Below the pieces are notes generated by a model that was not told the DNA's origin, made no database searches, and saw only the letters and a list, made by a program, of their open reading frames with translations. From positions 3,690,001-3,722,000 of the forward strand of contig NZ_CP042905.2 of assembly GCF_008000775.2 (NCBI RefSeq): a stretch of 32,000 nucleotides of DNA. Direction: 5' to 3'. This stretch comes from Promethearchaeum syntrophicum. Lineage in GTDB: Archaea; Asgardarchaeota; Lokiarchaeia; Sigyniarchaeales; Promethearchaeaceae. How positions within the stretch are numbered: position 1 is the first letter of the stretch; every line of letters starts with the position of its first letter. The translations under genes were made by a program, and so were the position numbers. Positions 8,236 to 16,711 of this stretch are shown here, piece after piece.

Positions 8236-9576
8236 TCAGTTATTCGAAAAAATAATAATTTCTGCTTCTAATTTTTTCTCGAGTTCTAACATTCCTGGTC
8301 CATAAATACGTTCTTTGATATATAAATTGGGTTTTTTCTTAAACCGAAGGAGAACGGTAATTATGTTGATCCACCATTCAATGCTCAAGATGAAATGGAG
8401 TTTTTCCCATAATTTTAGAAGAATCATCCATACACACAACATTATTCCAATAAACAAATATATTTGGGCAGTAGTCCAAGCAAGTCTGGGACTAGCTCCG
8501 GTAAAATCAAGGGGAGATCCCATTAACTGTTCTAAAACCCAAAATACTTGATCTGCGAACCACCGACAAATCGTATAAAGAGTTAATGATACGATTCCAA
8601 ATCTCCTTAACCAAATTGTGCGTTTACCCGCTTTAACTCGACGTTCTGGAGAACCCATGTCCAAGTTCAGGATAAACCATGAAAAAACTAATCCTTCCAT
8701 CCCAAGATTTAAAACTTGAACTATAGTAGGTGTATCTATGTTTGCATAATTTAAGAAAAAGGTCCAATCAACAATTGAGGCAATTCCTACGATTAATAAA
8801 CAAAATGATAATAAATATAAAATCAAATTACGAAATTTTTTTGTACTGATGTCATTTGATACAAGATATCCCATAAATGCGCCAAGACATCCAAAAGAAA
8901 AAGTTTGGCTCACTTTGAATCTACCCCATACGAATTTAGAAATAATGAATTCTAAACCATAGGATCCTTGTGCATTTAACTCAGTAGTTAAGGATCGACC
9001 CCAGGGGATGAAAAATTGGCTCGCCACTAAATTACCAAACGCCAGAAAAATGAAAATTCCTGTAAAAACAGCGGGTCTTCGAGTTGTCTGAAATTTCATA
9101 AGAAAAAATACAATTATAGGAATAATTACACTCACTATCGCAATTGAATCGAGTGTTGTTGCATTAAAATTGATTTTAAAAGGGCCTATGTCCCGTAAAT
9201 TATAATCAGCGCTATCAACTCCAAATAAAAAATGGTACAAACGGCTCAATCCAACAAATAATAATCCCCCAATAGTCCTACCCAATATGAATTTCAAGAA
9301 AAATTTATTATCTTTAGGATCCATGGAATGAACCTTAGTTGTAATTGCCATACAAGAAAGCATGGTAAAACTTGTTCCCCAAGTTCCCATGACGATTAGT
9401 GGAATTAATGTTATCAACAAAAAAAGGTCCATTTGACTTACCACTGGGATAAATAGCGAAGGATCGGCTTGGGCTAACTGATGAGTGAATATATGTACAA
9501 TTATCATAATCACTATCCCAAAGCCCAATCCCGTATCTTTGGATACAAAGCGTTTTGGAGTCAAATTTTTATCCAT
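8236..9576 (-). CDS. polytopic membrane protein, DUF1624/HGSNAT-like (acyltransferase-3 clan), paralog of 13850..15127
   Basis: ATG start and about 11-12 hydrophobic spans. The N-terminus KRFVSKDTGLGFGIVIMIIVH and the following MGTWGTSFTMLSCMAITTKVH align by eye with KRWYGIDILRGIGIIGVILLH and VDFWGGIYALISGTVNIYAIYRH of the 13850 protein. This is the R..(D)..RG......H entry motif of the family. Confidence 0.55.
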   Translation of the reverse strand: MDKNLTPKRFVSKDTGLGFGIVIMIIVHIFTHQLAQADPSLFIPVVSQMDLFLLITLIPLIVMGTWGTSFTMLSCMAITTKVHSMDPKDNKFFLKFILGRTIGGLLFVGLSRLYHFLFGVDSADYNLRDIGPFKINFNATTLDSIAIVSVIIPIIVFFLMKFQTTRRPAVFTGIFIFLAFGNLVASQFFIPWGRSLTTELNAQGSYGLEFIISKFVWGRFKVSQTFSFGCLGAFMGYLVSNDISTKKFRNLILYLLSFCLLIVGIASIVDWTFFLNYANIDTPTIVQVLNLGMEGLVFSWFILNLDMGSPERRVKAGKRTIWLRRFGIVSLTLYTICRWFADQVFWVLEQLMGSPLDFTGASPRLAWTTAQIYLFIGIMLCVWMILLKLWEKLHFILSIEWWINIITVLLRFKKKPNLYIKERIYGPGMLELEKKLEAEIIIFSNN

Positions 9577-9678
9577 ACCTTATTATTGTGTTCTTGATGA
9601 ATAAAAATGCTAATGATTTCTTCAATTCATACTATGAATTGTAGGAATAATAGATCGGAAGACTATGTAATTGTTTTT

Positions 9679-9721
9679 AAAAAATCTTCCCGATAAATAG
9701 ACATTGCCATACTTTGGGAAG
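9679..9721 (-). terminator. hairpin plus U6 terminator-like element after the 9726..10625 gene
   Basis: The minus-strand RNA reads CUUCCC-(24 nt)-GGGAAG-A-UUUUUU, starting 4 nt after the stop codon. On the plus strand these are gggaag 9716..9721, cttccc 9686..9691 and aaaaaa 9679..9684. Oligo-U alone is the accepted archaeal termination signal. Confidence 0.4.
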
Positions 9722-9725
9722 GATT

Positions 9726-10625
9726 TTAAATTAATTGCTCCATTAAATGTCTCATTTTTGATTTAAATTTCTTGATTTCTTTCTGGTTTTTAGATTTTAA
9801 GGCAATTTTTAGTTTAGAGATAGTGTCGAGTAATGATTTTGATTTAAAGAAATCAGCTTTAAATTGTGAAGATTTTTGGGGATATTTCTTGCGGAATTGT
9901 TCAATGGATTTCTGATATTTTTTAGTTGAATTTTTTATAAATTCTTCAGCGAGGTTAAGATCCTCGGCTTTAATAGCTTCTATACCTAATTTTTGAACTT
10001 GATGGATGTTTTTTTCCATTTCGTGAGGATCTTTAGACGAAAATTCGAGTAATAAGCTGAGAGTTTTTCTATCTTTTCGAGTTTCCTTTTCACCTGAATA
10101 TGATTTTTTGAAAAGATAAAATCCCCACGATAAAAAAATCGTAATAAATAAATGGTTAATCAACCCTGCATAATTATTATTATAGATAGAGATATTGAGA
10201 AATATCGAGATAATTTGCCAGATTATATCCATGAGAAGAACATTTCCAAAATCTTTGTAATTTGAGAGAGTTTCTCCCCCTTTTTTATCAAAAATATAGA
10301 TTGATTCTTTGGAAAAGATCAATATCCCAGCGGTAATAGCGATTCCTATCGCATAAATAATATTGAAAATCGGAAAAAGATAATATAAACCCACTCTAGA
10401 AAAGAGAATTAACACCACAATGGAAATAGCCGGGATAGAGATTAAATACCAAAAAATTTTTGCATATTCAGATTCATCGTATGAATCTTTAGCTGACTTA
10501 TCTCTTGAGAAGATTTTCCTAAAAACTTCATAAATTAAAAGAGCAATTATGTTAAATCCCCAATAAAAACCCAAACATGCTTGCAATATACTTTTCTTGG
10601 TTTTTTCTTTCATTGTTTTATACAT
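9726..10625 (-). CDS. hypothetical membrane protein with cytoplasmic Lys-rich helical tail
   Basis: ATG start. There are about 5 hydrophobic spans in the first ~175 aa, then a ~120-aa charged helical region (KDPHEMEKNIHQVQKLGIEAIKAEDLNLAEEF...KSKNQKEIKKFKSKMRHLMEQLI). No family recognised. Confidence 0.55.
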   Translation of the reverse strand: MYKTMKEKTKKSILQACLGFYWGFNIIALLIYEVFRKIFSRDKSAKDSYDESEYAKIFWYLISIPAISIVVLILFSRVGLYYLFPIFNIIYAIGIAITAGILIFSKESIYIFDKKGGETLSNYKDFGNVLLMDIIWQIISIFLNISIYNNNYAGLINHLFITIFLSWGFYLFKKSYSGEKETRKDRKTLSLLLEFSSKDPHEMEKNIHQVQKLGIEAIKAEDLNLAEEFIKNSTKKYQKSIEQFRKKYPQKSSQFKADFFKSKSLLDTISKLKIALKSKNQKEIKKFKSKMRHLMEQLI

Positions 10626-10788
10626 AGAATAAAGGTTTCAATGAAAGAAAAAACCTTTTGAATTGAAATCAGTACAAAATTAAAAGATGGATCAGTCATA
10701 ATTTCTAATACAAGAAAAATTTGAAAAATGAAGATACTGGATTACATGACATTTCTACACCACCTAATAATTTCTAAATTTTAAAAAA

Positions 10789-10896
10789 TGGTGGGGCCGC
10801 AGCGATTTGAACGCCAGACCTCCTGGTCCCAAACCAGGTATCAGTTTGGATTATATCCCCAAATGGGAAAAAATTACCAAGCTAGACTACGGCCCC
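10789..10896 (-). tRNA. tRNA-Pro (anticodon UGG) with a ~31-nt non-canonical intron in the D-arm and an encoded CCA
   Basis: The reverse complement reads GGGGCCG-TA-GTCT-AGCTTGGTA-A[TTTTTTCCCATTTGGGGATATAATCCAAACT]GAT-A-CCTGG-TTTGGGA-CCAGG-AGGTC-TGGCG-TTCAAAT-CGCTG-CGGCCCC-A-CCA. The acceptor pairs 7/7 and the anticodon stem 5/5, with loop TT-TGG-GA. The T-loop is TTCAAAT. The D-stem GTCT/AGAT forms only after removing about 10843..10873. A T6 run follows the 3' end on the minus strand (10783..10788). Confidence 0.85.
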
Positions 10897-11148
10897 GTGC
10901 ATGTAATTGATGGAAAACATCTACCCAGATATCTTGGGGTATATTATCATGAATTATCCAAAACATAAAAATTTTTTCAATCGGTTGATTTTTATTATTT
11001 ATCTTCAAGATTTCCCATGGATTAATTCATTTGACATTTATAATACAACTTTTCATTATAAATTTTAAAAAATACGAAATAAAGAGTTAAAAAATTTTAT
11101 AAAATCGAATATTTTTGCTTAAATAAGCTGGAAAATGAACCGAGATCT

Positions 11149-12336
11149 TTAATCTTCTTCTTTTTTTTTTCTTTTTAGAATAACGTTTTTCATTCCAAAA
11201 GCCCAATTTAAAACCTTTATTCTACGAATTAATTCATAAATTATCATTGACCCTCCAAAAGCAAGAAGAATTATTAGAATGAATTTTACCCAATAGATGA
11301 CACTCCATTGAACGACGAAATAAGCGACTACAATAATAACAGTCTGATGTAAAATATAAAGGGGATAAGATGCACGTGTGAAATATTCATGGATTTTATT
11401 AGATTTGTTGAGATACTTATTGGAATAACCAAGTGAAACCAAAATTATTGCCCACATTGTAATTGATTCATCCAATATTGAAAATAAAATATGAAAATTC
11501 CCAAAGTTTACGTCAGAATAAAATCGAACCGCATAATATACTGTCACAAAAATTAATCCAATAATTGAAATAATTAACCAAATTTTCCTTTTTTGCAAAA
11601 TAAATTCTTCTACTTGAGAATTCCCAATAATAAGAAATCCCAATAGGAAAATTACAAAATAATAAACAATATTTTTCCCTACTATTCGGGGAGAAATCAA
11701 ACTGATTGCAATTATTATTGTTGGGATAATGAAAATCCGAATAAAATTGAGGTTGTGAAAATATTTTTCTATTAATTTTACCCCTCTTGGAGAATTTAAC
11801 ATCTTAAAAAATGGAATAGAGATAATAGATAATGCGAATAGAATAATAATGAACCATAAATGAGCTGGAGTGAATGTTCCGCGGTATCCAGTTATATCTT
11901 GGAATCCAGTTTGAAAATATGTAAGATAGAAATCAAAAATTGTTCCAGAATATCCAGTAAAATATTTAGCAGCCAGGAAAGGTTGCGGAGGAACAATGAT
12001 CAATAAGCCAAAGATGAAAGGAATAAATAGGCGATTAAACCGGTTTTTTGAATATTTCACATAAGAAATTCTTTGTAAAGCCAGTTTTGAGGAAGCACCT
12101 GCAATAAAGAAGAAAAGAGGCATATGAAAAATATCAATAACCCAAACAAAAATAAGTGTAATCCAGCTACTCAGCTCAGAATTTTCTATATAATTAATTT
12201 CCCATACATCAAAACAGCGTGCTGTATGGAAGATAAAGAGTAATAATGTTGCGTAAATTCGTAACCAATCTAAATAGTATATTCTCCTTTCAGAGGATTT
12301 TTGATCAATATCGATAACTTGCACAATAATTATCAA
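11149..12336 (-). CDS. acyltransferase-3 (AT3/OafA/OpgC-like) family integral membrane acyltransferase
   Basis: The N-terminal signature RRIYYLDWLRIYATLLLFIFHTARCF matches the R...LD.LR......H motif. It has about 10 TM spans and a conserved-looking late block SYPLYILHQTVII. The start is TTG 12336, or GTG 12324; there is no nearby ATG. Confidence 0.8.
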   Translation of the reverse strand: MIIIVQVIDIDQKSSERRIYYLDWLRIYATLLLFIFHTARCFDVWEINYIENSELSSWITLIFVWVIDIFHMPLFFFIAGASSKLALQRISYVKYSKNRFNRLFIPFIFGLLIIVPPQPFLAAKYFTGYSGTIFDFYLTYFQTGFQDITGYRGTFTPAHLWFIIILFALSIISIPFFKMLNSPRGVKLIEKYFHNLNFIRIFIIPTIIIAISLISPRIVGKNIVYYFVIFLLGFLIIGNSQVEEFILQKRKIWLIISIIGLIFVTVYYAVRFYSDVNFGNFHILFSILDESITMWAIILVSLGYSNKYLNKSNKIHEYFTRASYPLYILHQTVIIVVAYFVVQWSVIYWVKFILIILLAFGGSMIIYELIRRIKVLNWAFGMKNVILKRKKKEED

Positions 12337-12442
12337 GAAAATAGGTCAAATAAAATATCATGAGACCCGTTATTAGCAAAAATGGAAAATTTAGTATCCA
12401 GTTAAAAAACAATTTTAAAATTTAATTCATTCTATTTCATCC

Positions 12443-13792
12443 ATGAGTAATTTACTAACTGCATTTCTAAAGGCTCGTTGGCGGTTTAAACATTGGAATC
12501 CAGAGAAAATCCGTAAATTTCAAATACATCAAGCTCGAAAAATTATCCAATATGCGGTTACTAACTCAAAATTTTACCATTCTTATTACAACAATAAAAA
12601 CCTTAATGATGTGTTCCAACTTCCTTTGATCGATAAACAAATAATGATGAAAGAATTTACAAATTTCAATACTGCTGGACTTACTAGGGAAGAATGTCTT
12701 AATTTTTGTCTTAAAACAGAAGAAACTCGAGATTTTTCTCAAAAATACAAAAATTATATTATAGGAATGTCAACGGGAACATCTGGAAATCGCGGAATTG
12801 AAATGGTAACAAAAAAAGAAGCTGGTATTATGCAGACTACATTTATTGCCCGTTTTCCCATTCCTTTACGCGGAAGATTTCACTTGGCTTTCATTTTACG
12901 CGTTTTTTCACCCGGATTCAATGTTAATGTCGGAAAATTCAAGATGAGTTATGTTTCTCCCATGGACACATTGGAAAATATTATCAATGAATTGAATCAG
13001 TTGCAACCTACAGCATTATCAGCCCCTCCTTCAATGCTAAAAATACTTGCTGAAGCAAAACAAGATAATAAACTTCAAATAACTCCAAATTTGGTAGTTT
13101 CCTATGCCGAAGTTCTTTCCCCTGATACTGAACAATTTTTAGAAAAAATTTTCGAAACGAAAATTCTCGAAGTTTACAAAGCCACTGAAGGTATGCTTGC
13201 TCAATCATGTAAAGCAGGAAGATTACACATAAATGAAGACATCTCTATTGTCGAAATTGTAGATGAAAATGATGATCATGTTCCACCCGGCACTCCGGGC
13301 CATGTAATTGTCACAGATTTAGTGAAACGCACAACGCCTATTATCCGATATAGATTAAATGATATAGTAACCATCGATCCAGATCCTGCTCCTTGTCCTT
13401 GTGGATCTCAGTTCCGAGTGATTAAACAAATCCAAGGTAGAGCCGATGATATGTTTCTGGGAAAGCGTGCTGATACAAAGCAATCACAATTTATTTTCGG
13501 TGATTATATTCGAAGAGCGATTGTATCAACCTCTGATCATATCCGGGAATATCGCGCAATTCAAGAAAATCCCCAGAAAATTATAATTGACTTGGAATTA
13601 ATCCCCGAATTTCAAACCCCAGAAGAACAATCGATTTTTAATAATGAATTACCTAATAAAATTTCACAATTGTTTAAAAAGCATAAGTGTGAGACTCCAG
13701 ATGTGGAAATCAATTTCAAAGCCATTACCCATGATTTTAGCTTAAAATTGAGGAGAATAATTCGCAATTTTGATGAAACGGCTTATTTTTAA
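12443..13792 (+). CDS. adenylate-forming enzyme, PaaK / coenzyme F390 synthetase-related (CapK-like) family
   Basis: ANL-superfamily core motifs seen by eye: MSTGTSGNRG (P-loop-like S/T-G-T-S/T-G), YKATEG (YGxTE equivalent), RYRLNDIV (RYxTGD equivalent), and the hinge QGRADDMF (GRxDD). The size of 449 aa fits PaaK-like short ligases. Confidence 0.75.
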   Translation: MSNLLTAFLKARWRFKHWNPEKIRKFQIHQARKIIQYAVTNSKFYHSYYNNKNLNDVFQLPLIDKQIMMKEFTNFNTAGLTREECLNFCLKTEETRDFSQKYKNYIIGMSTGTSGNRGIEMVTKKEAGIMQTTFIARFPIPLRGRFHLAFILRVFSPGFNVNVGKFKMSYVSPMDTLENIINELNQLQPTALSAPPSMLKILAEAKQDNKLQITPNLVVSYAEVLSPDTEQFLEKIFETKILEVYKATEGMLAQSCKAGRLHINEDISIVEIVDENDDHVPPGTPGHVIVTDLVKRTTPIIRYRLNDIVTIDPDPAPCPCGSQFRVIKQIQGRADDMFLGKRADTKQSQFIFGDYIRRAIVSTSDHIREYRAIQENPQKIIIDLELIPEFQTPEEQSIFNNELPNKISQLFKKHKCETPDVEINFKAITHDFSLKLRRIIRNFDETAYF

Positions 13793-13849
13793 CAATTTAG
13801 TTTTTCAATATGAAATAGATTGAAATATAACCTAGTAGGAAGATAAATT

Positions 13850-15127
13850 ATGACTGAAGTGACTCAACCAGAAGATTTAACAAACCCAGAAAAAGTGAAA
13901 AGATGGTATGGTATTGATATTCTCCGTGGTATTGGCATTATTGGGGTAATTTTACTCCATGGAATTATTTCAAATTATTCGCAGTTAGATGAACTTGATT
14001 TAGATAATTTACCCCCTCTATTCATGGTATTATACCTTGTAGATTTTTGGGGAGGGATTTATGCGTTAATTTCAGGCACTGTTAACATCTATGCAATCTA
14101 TCGGCACTCGATTTCAGCTAAAGATCACCTAGACAAAAAACAATATGAAGAATATCGATGGAAATATCTGTTTAAATATGGATTTATCCTTTTACTTCTA
14201 CATTTCCTTTATCATTACGCTTTGGGACCCACATATCACAACTTTGAAACAAAAATACATAAATATGCATTAATTCCTGGAATTTTAACTAATGGTTGGG
14301 GATATTCTGTACTACCCGAAAGGATGGTTTTGGGGTCTTCTCTTTCTATGATTGCTTTGAATCTCTTGGCCTTAGGTTTACTTGCATTCTGGCTTTTTAA
14401 AAATAATCCCCAACAAAAATTGAAGCGAAATAAGCGAATCTTTTTGATTCTCGGTTCTATTTTTATCGTTTTTGCATTTTTCCAGATCCCATTAGGTGTT
14501 ATTCACACTAATTTAACTGAGGCAGAGAATTATTTTTCTGCATTGATTCTTGGATTACTCATTGGGTATCCATATCCTTTCTTTCCCTTTTTTGGATATG
14601 GGTGCATTGGAGCATACTTAGCTTTGGTATTAGCGGATAAACCCACAAAAAAAACTCTTCGTCGACAGCTTTTGTTAATGATTCCTTTTTTAATTATAGG
14701 TGTGATAGCTTTCATGCTACCGAATGCATTTTATGAGAAATACCATCTGTTGGATGAAATATTCATGTCTTATATAATGGTCAACATCAATATTGCCCTC
14801 TTTATACTCTTTCTATTTATAGCGATAAGAGTTGCTGATTTTTCAAATTTAAGATCGATGATAATTGATGAGGAAAAGCCCTCGAAATTTCTTCATTTCT
14901 TTATCACTTTGGGACAACATTCACTAATCATCTTTTTATTGGAGACAGTAGTTCGAGAAATAATAGCCTTTGGCCTTACTGCAGTATTTCCGGGCTGGAA
15001 TGACTCAGTCTTGAACTGCTTTATTTTTGGGGGAAGTTTGGTTATTATGTGGATAGTTATTGTGATTATACTTGGGAAAATGAAATGGAGTCTAAACAAC
15101 AAAAAATGGAAAAAAATTGGGCCTTAA
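13850..15127 (+). CDS. DUF1624/HGSNAT-like (heparan-alpha-glucosaminide N-acetyltransferase catalytic domain-like) membrane protein
   Basis: ATG preceded by AGGAAG. The entry motif is KRWYGIDILRGIGIIGVILLHGI, and there are about 11 TM spans. It lies 57 bp downstream of the ligase on the same strand and is a paralog of 8236..9576. Confidence 0.7.
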   Translation: MTEVTQPEDLTNPEKVKRWYGIDILRGIGIIGVILLHGIISNYSQLDELDLDNLPPLFMVLYLVDFWGGIYALISGTVNIYAIYRHSISAKDHLDKKQYEEYRWKYLFKYGFILLLLHFLYHYALGPTYHNFETKIHKYALIPGILTNGWGYSVLPERMVLGSSLSMIALNLLALGLLAFWLFKNNPQQKLKRNKRIFLILGSIFIVFAFFQIPLGVIHTNLTEAENYFSALILGLLIGYPYPFFPFFGYGCIGAYLALVLADKPTKKTLRRQLLLMIPFLIIGVIAFMLPNAFYEKYHLLDEIFMSYIMVNINIALFILFLFIAIRVADFSNLRSMIIDEEKPSKFLHFFITLGQHSLIIFLLETVVREIIAFGLTAVFPGWNDSVLNCFIFGGSLVIMWIVIVIILGKMKWSLNNKKWKKIGP

Positions 15128-15176
15128 CCAATTGTTGGTAGTAAAAAATAAATAAATCTCACGATTAGTCAACAAT

Positions 15177-15713
15177 ATGGAAAAAAATATTACCCTTAAG
15201 TCTGGATTAGAATTAGAAATTCGGATTCCTACAGTTGAAGATGCACAAGCAGTTCTCAATTTCATAGATATTATCAGTGGCGAATCAGATAACTTAACTT
15301 TCGGACCTGGAGAATTTGATATTTCGTTAGAACAAGAAAAAAATTATTTTTCTAAATTGAAAGATGATAAAGATAATATCTTTGTAATCGGTTTAATCGA
15401 TGGAGAAATTGTGTGCGTTTCAGATATGTCTACAGGAAGACGCAAAAGAATGCGCCATGCGGGAGAAATTCACATCTCCGTTCAAAAAAAATATTGGAAT
15501 ATGGGAATAGGACGATGTGTTTTATCAGAGCTAATTAAGTGGGGGAAAGAAATCAGGAAATTACGAAAAATTAATCTTGATGTTAAAGAAGGAAATGTCT
15601 CTGCCATTTATCTGTATGAATCATTAGGATTTCAAGAAGAAGGTAGAATTTCAAGAGGGTATCAAATTAATGGTGAGTTTTATACCCTTATTGCTATGGG
15701 ACTTGAACTTTAA
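15177..15713 (+). CDS. GNAT-family N-acetyltransferase
   Basis: The acetyl-CoA binding block ISVQKKYWNMGIGRCVLSELIKW matches Q/RxxGxG/A, followed by LDVKEGNVSAIYLYESLGFQEEGR. It is 178 aa. Confidence 0.88.
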   Translation: MEKNITLKSGLELEIRIPTVEDAQAVLNFIDIISGESDNLTFGPGEFDISLEQEKNYFSKLKDDKDNIFVIGLIDGEIVCVSDMSTGRRKRMRHAGEIHISVQKKYWNMGIGRCVLSELIKWGKEIRKLRKINLDVKEGNVSAIYLYESLGFQEEGRISRGYQINGEFYTLIAMGLEL

Positions 15714-15779
15714 ACTTTAAGAATTAATAAAATTCGAATCAAAACAATTTTATTTAACTTTGATTTAAAAATTTGTACT

Positions 15780-16043
15780 ATGGTTCCTAATGATGAAGAA
15801 GAAGAAATCGAAGAAGAAGAAGAATTTGTCGAAAATAAATTCATATGCCGAGATTGTAAAAAAACGGTTGAATATGGAGAAGGAGATGACATGATTCTCT
15901 TATGTGATGATTGTTTAGAACTCTACAACCAGGATAAAATATGGAAGGACTTTGATAAAGAGAAAATTAAAGAAGAGGATCTAAAAACTTTCGAATTAGC
16001 TCCTTATCTAAATCCAAAGGGTAAAAAGAAAAAAGGCCTTTAA
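15780..16043 (+). CDS. small acidic zinc-ribbon protein (hypothetical)
   Basis: 87 aa with a poly-acidic N-terminus (NDEEEEIEEEEEF, a GAA-repeat tract), then CRDC-x15-CDDC, and a basic tail KGKKKKGL. The antisense ORF 15710..15892 is the Ser-rich mirror of the GAA tract. Confidence 0.5.
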   Translation: MVPNDEEEEIEEEEEFVENKFICRDCKKTVEYGEGDDMILLCDDCLELYNQDKIWKDFDKEKIKEEDLKTFELAPYLNPKGKKKKGL

Positions 16044-16100
16044 ATTTAAAATATTCGGTGAAGTGATGTATTTCAAATAAGTTTTGCAACAATTTCAATA

Positions 16101-16676
16101 TCAATTATCATATTTTTTTAAGATAGAATGGATATACATTTTTTCAAATTCATCGGCAAGTATATCCATAAAAATAACATCGTATTTTTTTCCTGCAATT
16201 ATACGTCCTTGACGTCGTCTCCCAATTTCTTTAAATCCTATTTTTTTATAGGATGAGATTGCCCGTTGATTAAATTCAAAGGTGCCTAACATAATATTGT
16301 TTAGATTTAATATATTAAAACCATAATCCAAGATTAATTTCAATGCATCTTGTCCATAGCCTTTTCCCCAATATTTTTTCTCCCCAATAACAATCCCTAC
16401 CATAGCTCGTTGATCGATATGATTTATATCAAATAAGATCGTTCTTCCAATGGCTTCATCTGTTTGCTTGTCAACGATTTCAAAAAAATGATAATGATTT
16501 TTTAAAATCTTAAGGATTGATTCACGTTCTACTTCAGGTGATGTTGGACGATAGACTTCATCTCCTAATAACATTGTAGTTTCTGTATCATTAAACCATA
16601 CAGCCCATTTTGTTGCATCTTCTTCAACACATGGAGAAAGGTAGCATAAATTGCCTATCATTTTTTTAAAGTACAT
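16101..16676 (-). CDS. GNAT-family N-acetyltransferase (RimJ/RimL-like)
   Basis: IVIGEKKYWGKGYGQDALKLILDYGF is the GxG acetyl-CoA motif. NNIMLGTFEFNQRAISSYKKIGFKEIGRRR is typical of the RimJ/L-type subfamily. ATG start. Confidence 0.88.
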   Translation of the reverse strand: MYFKKMIGNLCYLSPCVEEDATKWAVWFNDTETTMLLGDEVYRPTSPEVERESILKILKNHYHFFEIVDKQTDEAIGRTILFDINHIDQRAMVGIVIGEKKYWGKGYGQDALKLILDYGFNILNLNNIMLGTFEFNQRAISSYKKIGFKEIGRRRQGRIIAGKKYDVIFMDILADEFEKMYIHSILKKYDN

Positions 16677-16711
16677 GTTATTGAAGATATGATCAATCTT
16701 ATTATTCCTTA

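Noticed and set aside
10626-11148. Possible integrated element or att site using the tRNA-Pro gene, and a 51-codon sORF (10910..11065) beside it
   Set aside because: No integrase or recombinase lies nearby, and I noticed no second copy of the GC-rich tRNA 3' segment (tggggccgcagcg...) elsewhere in the window. The composition of the flanking genes matches the rest of the window. The sORF is Ile/Phe/Asn/Tyr-rich, as expected by chance in AT-rich DNA.
15710-15892. 60-aa Ser-rich minus-strand ORF
   Set aside because: It is the reverse-complement reading of the GAA-repeat (poly-Glu) tract of the 15780..16043 gene, and is pure low complexity.
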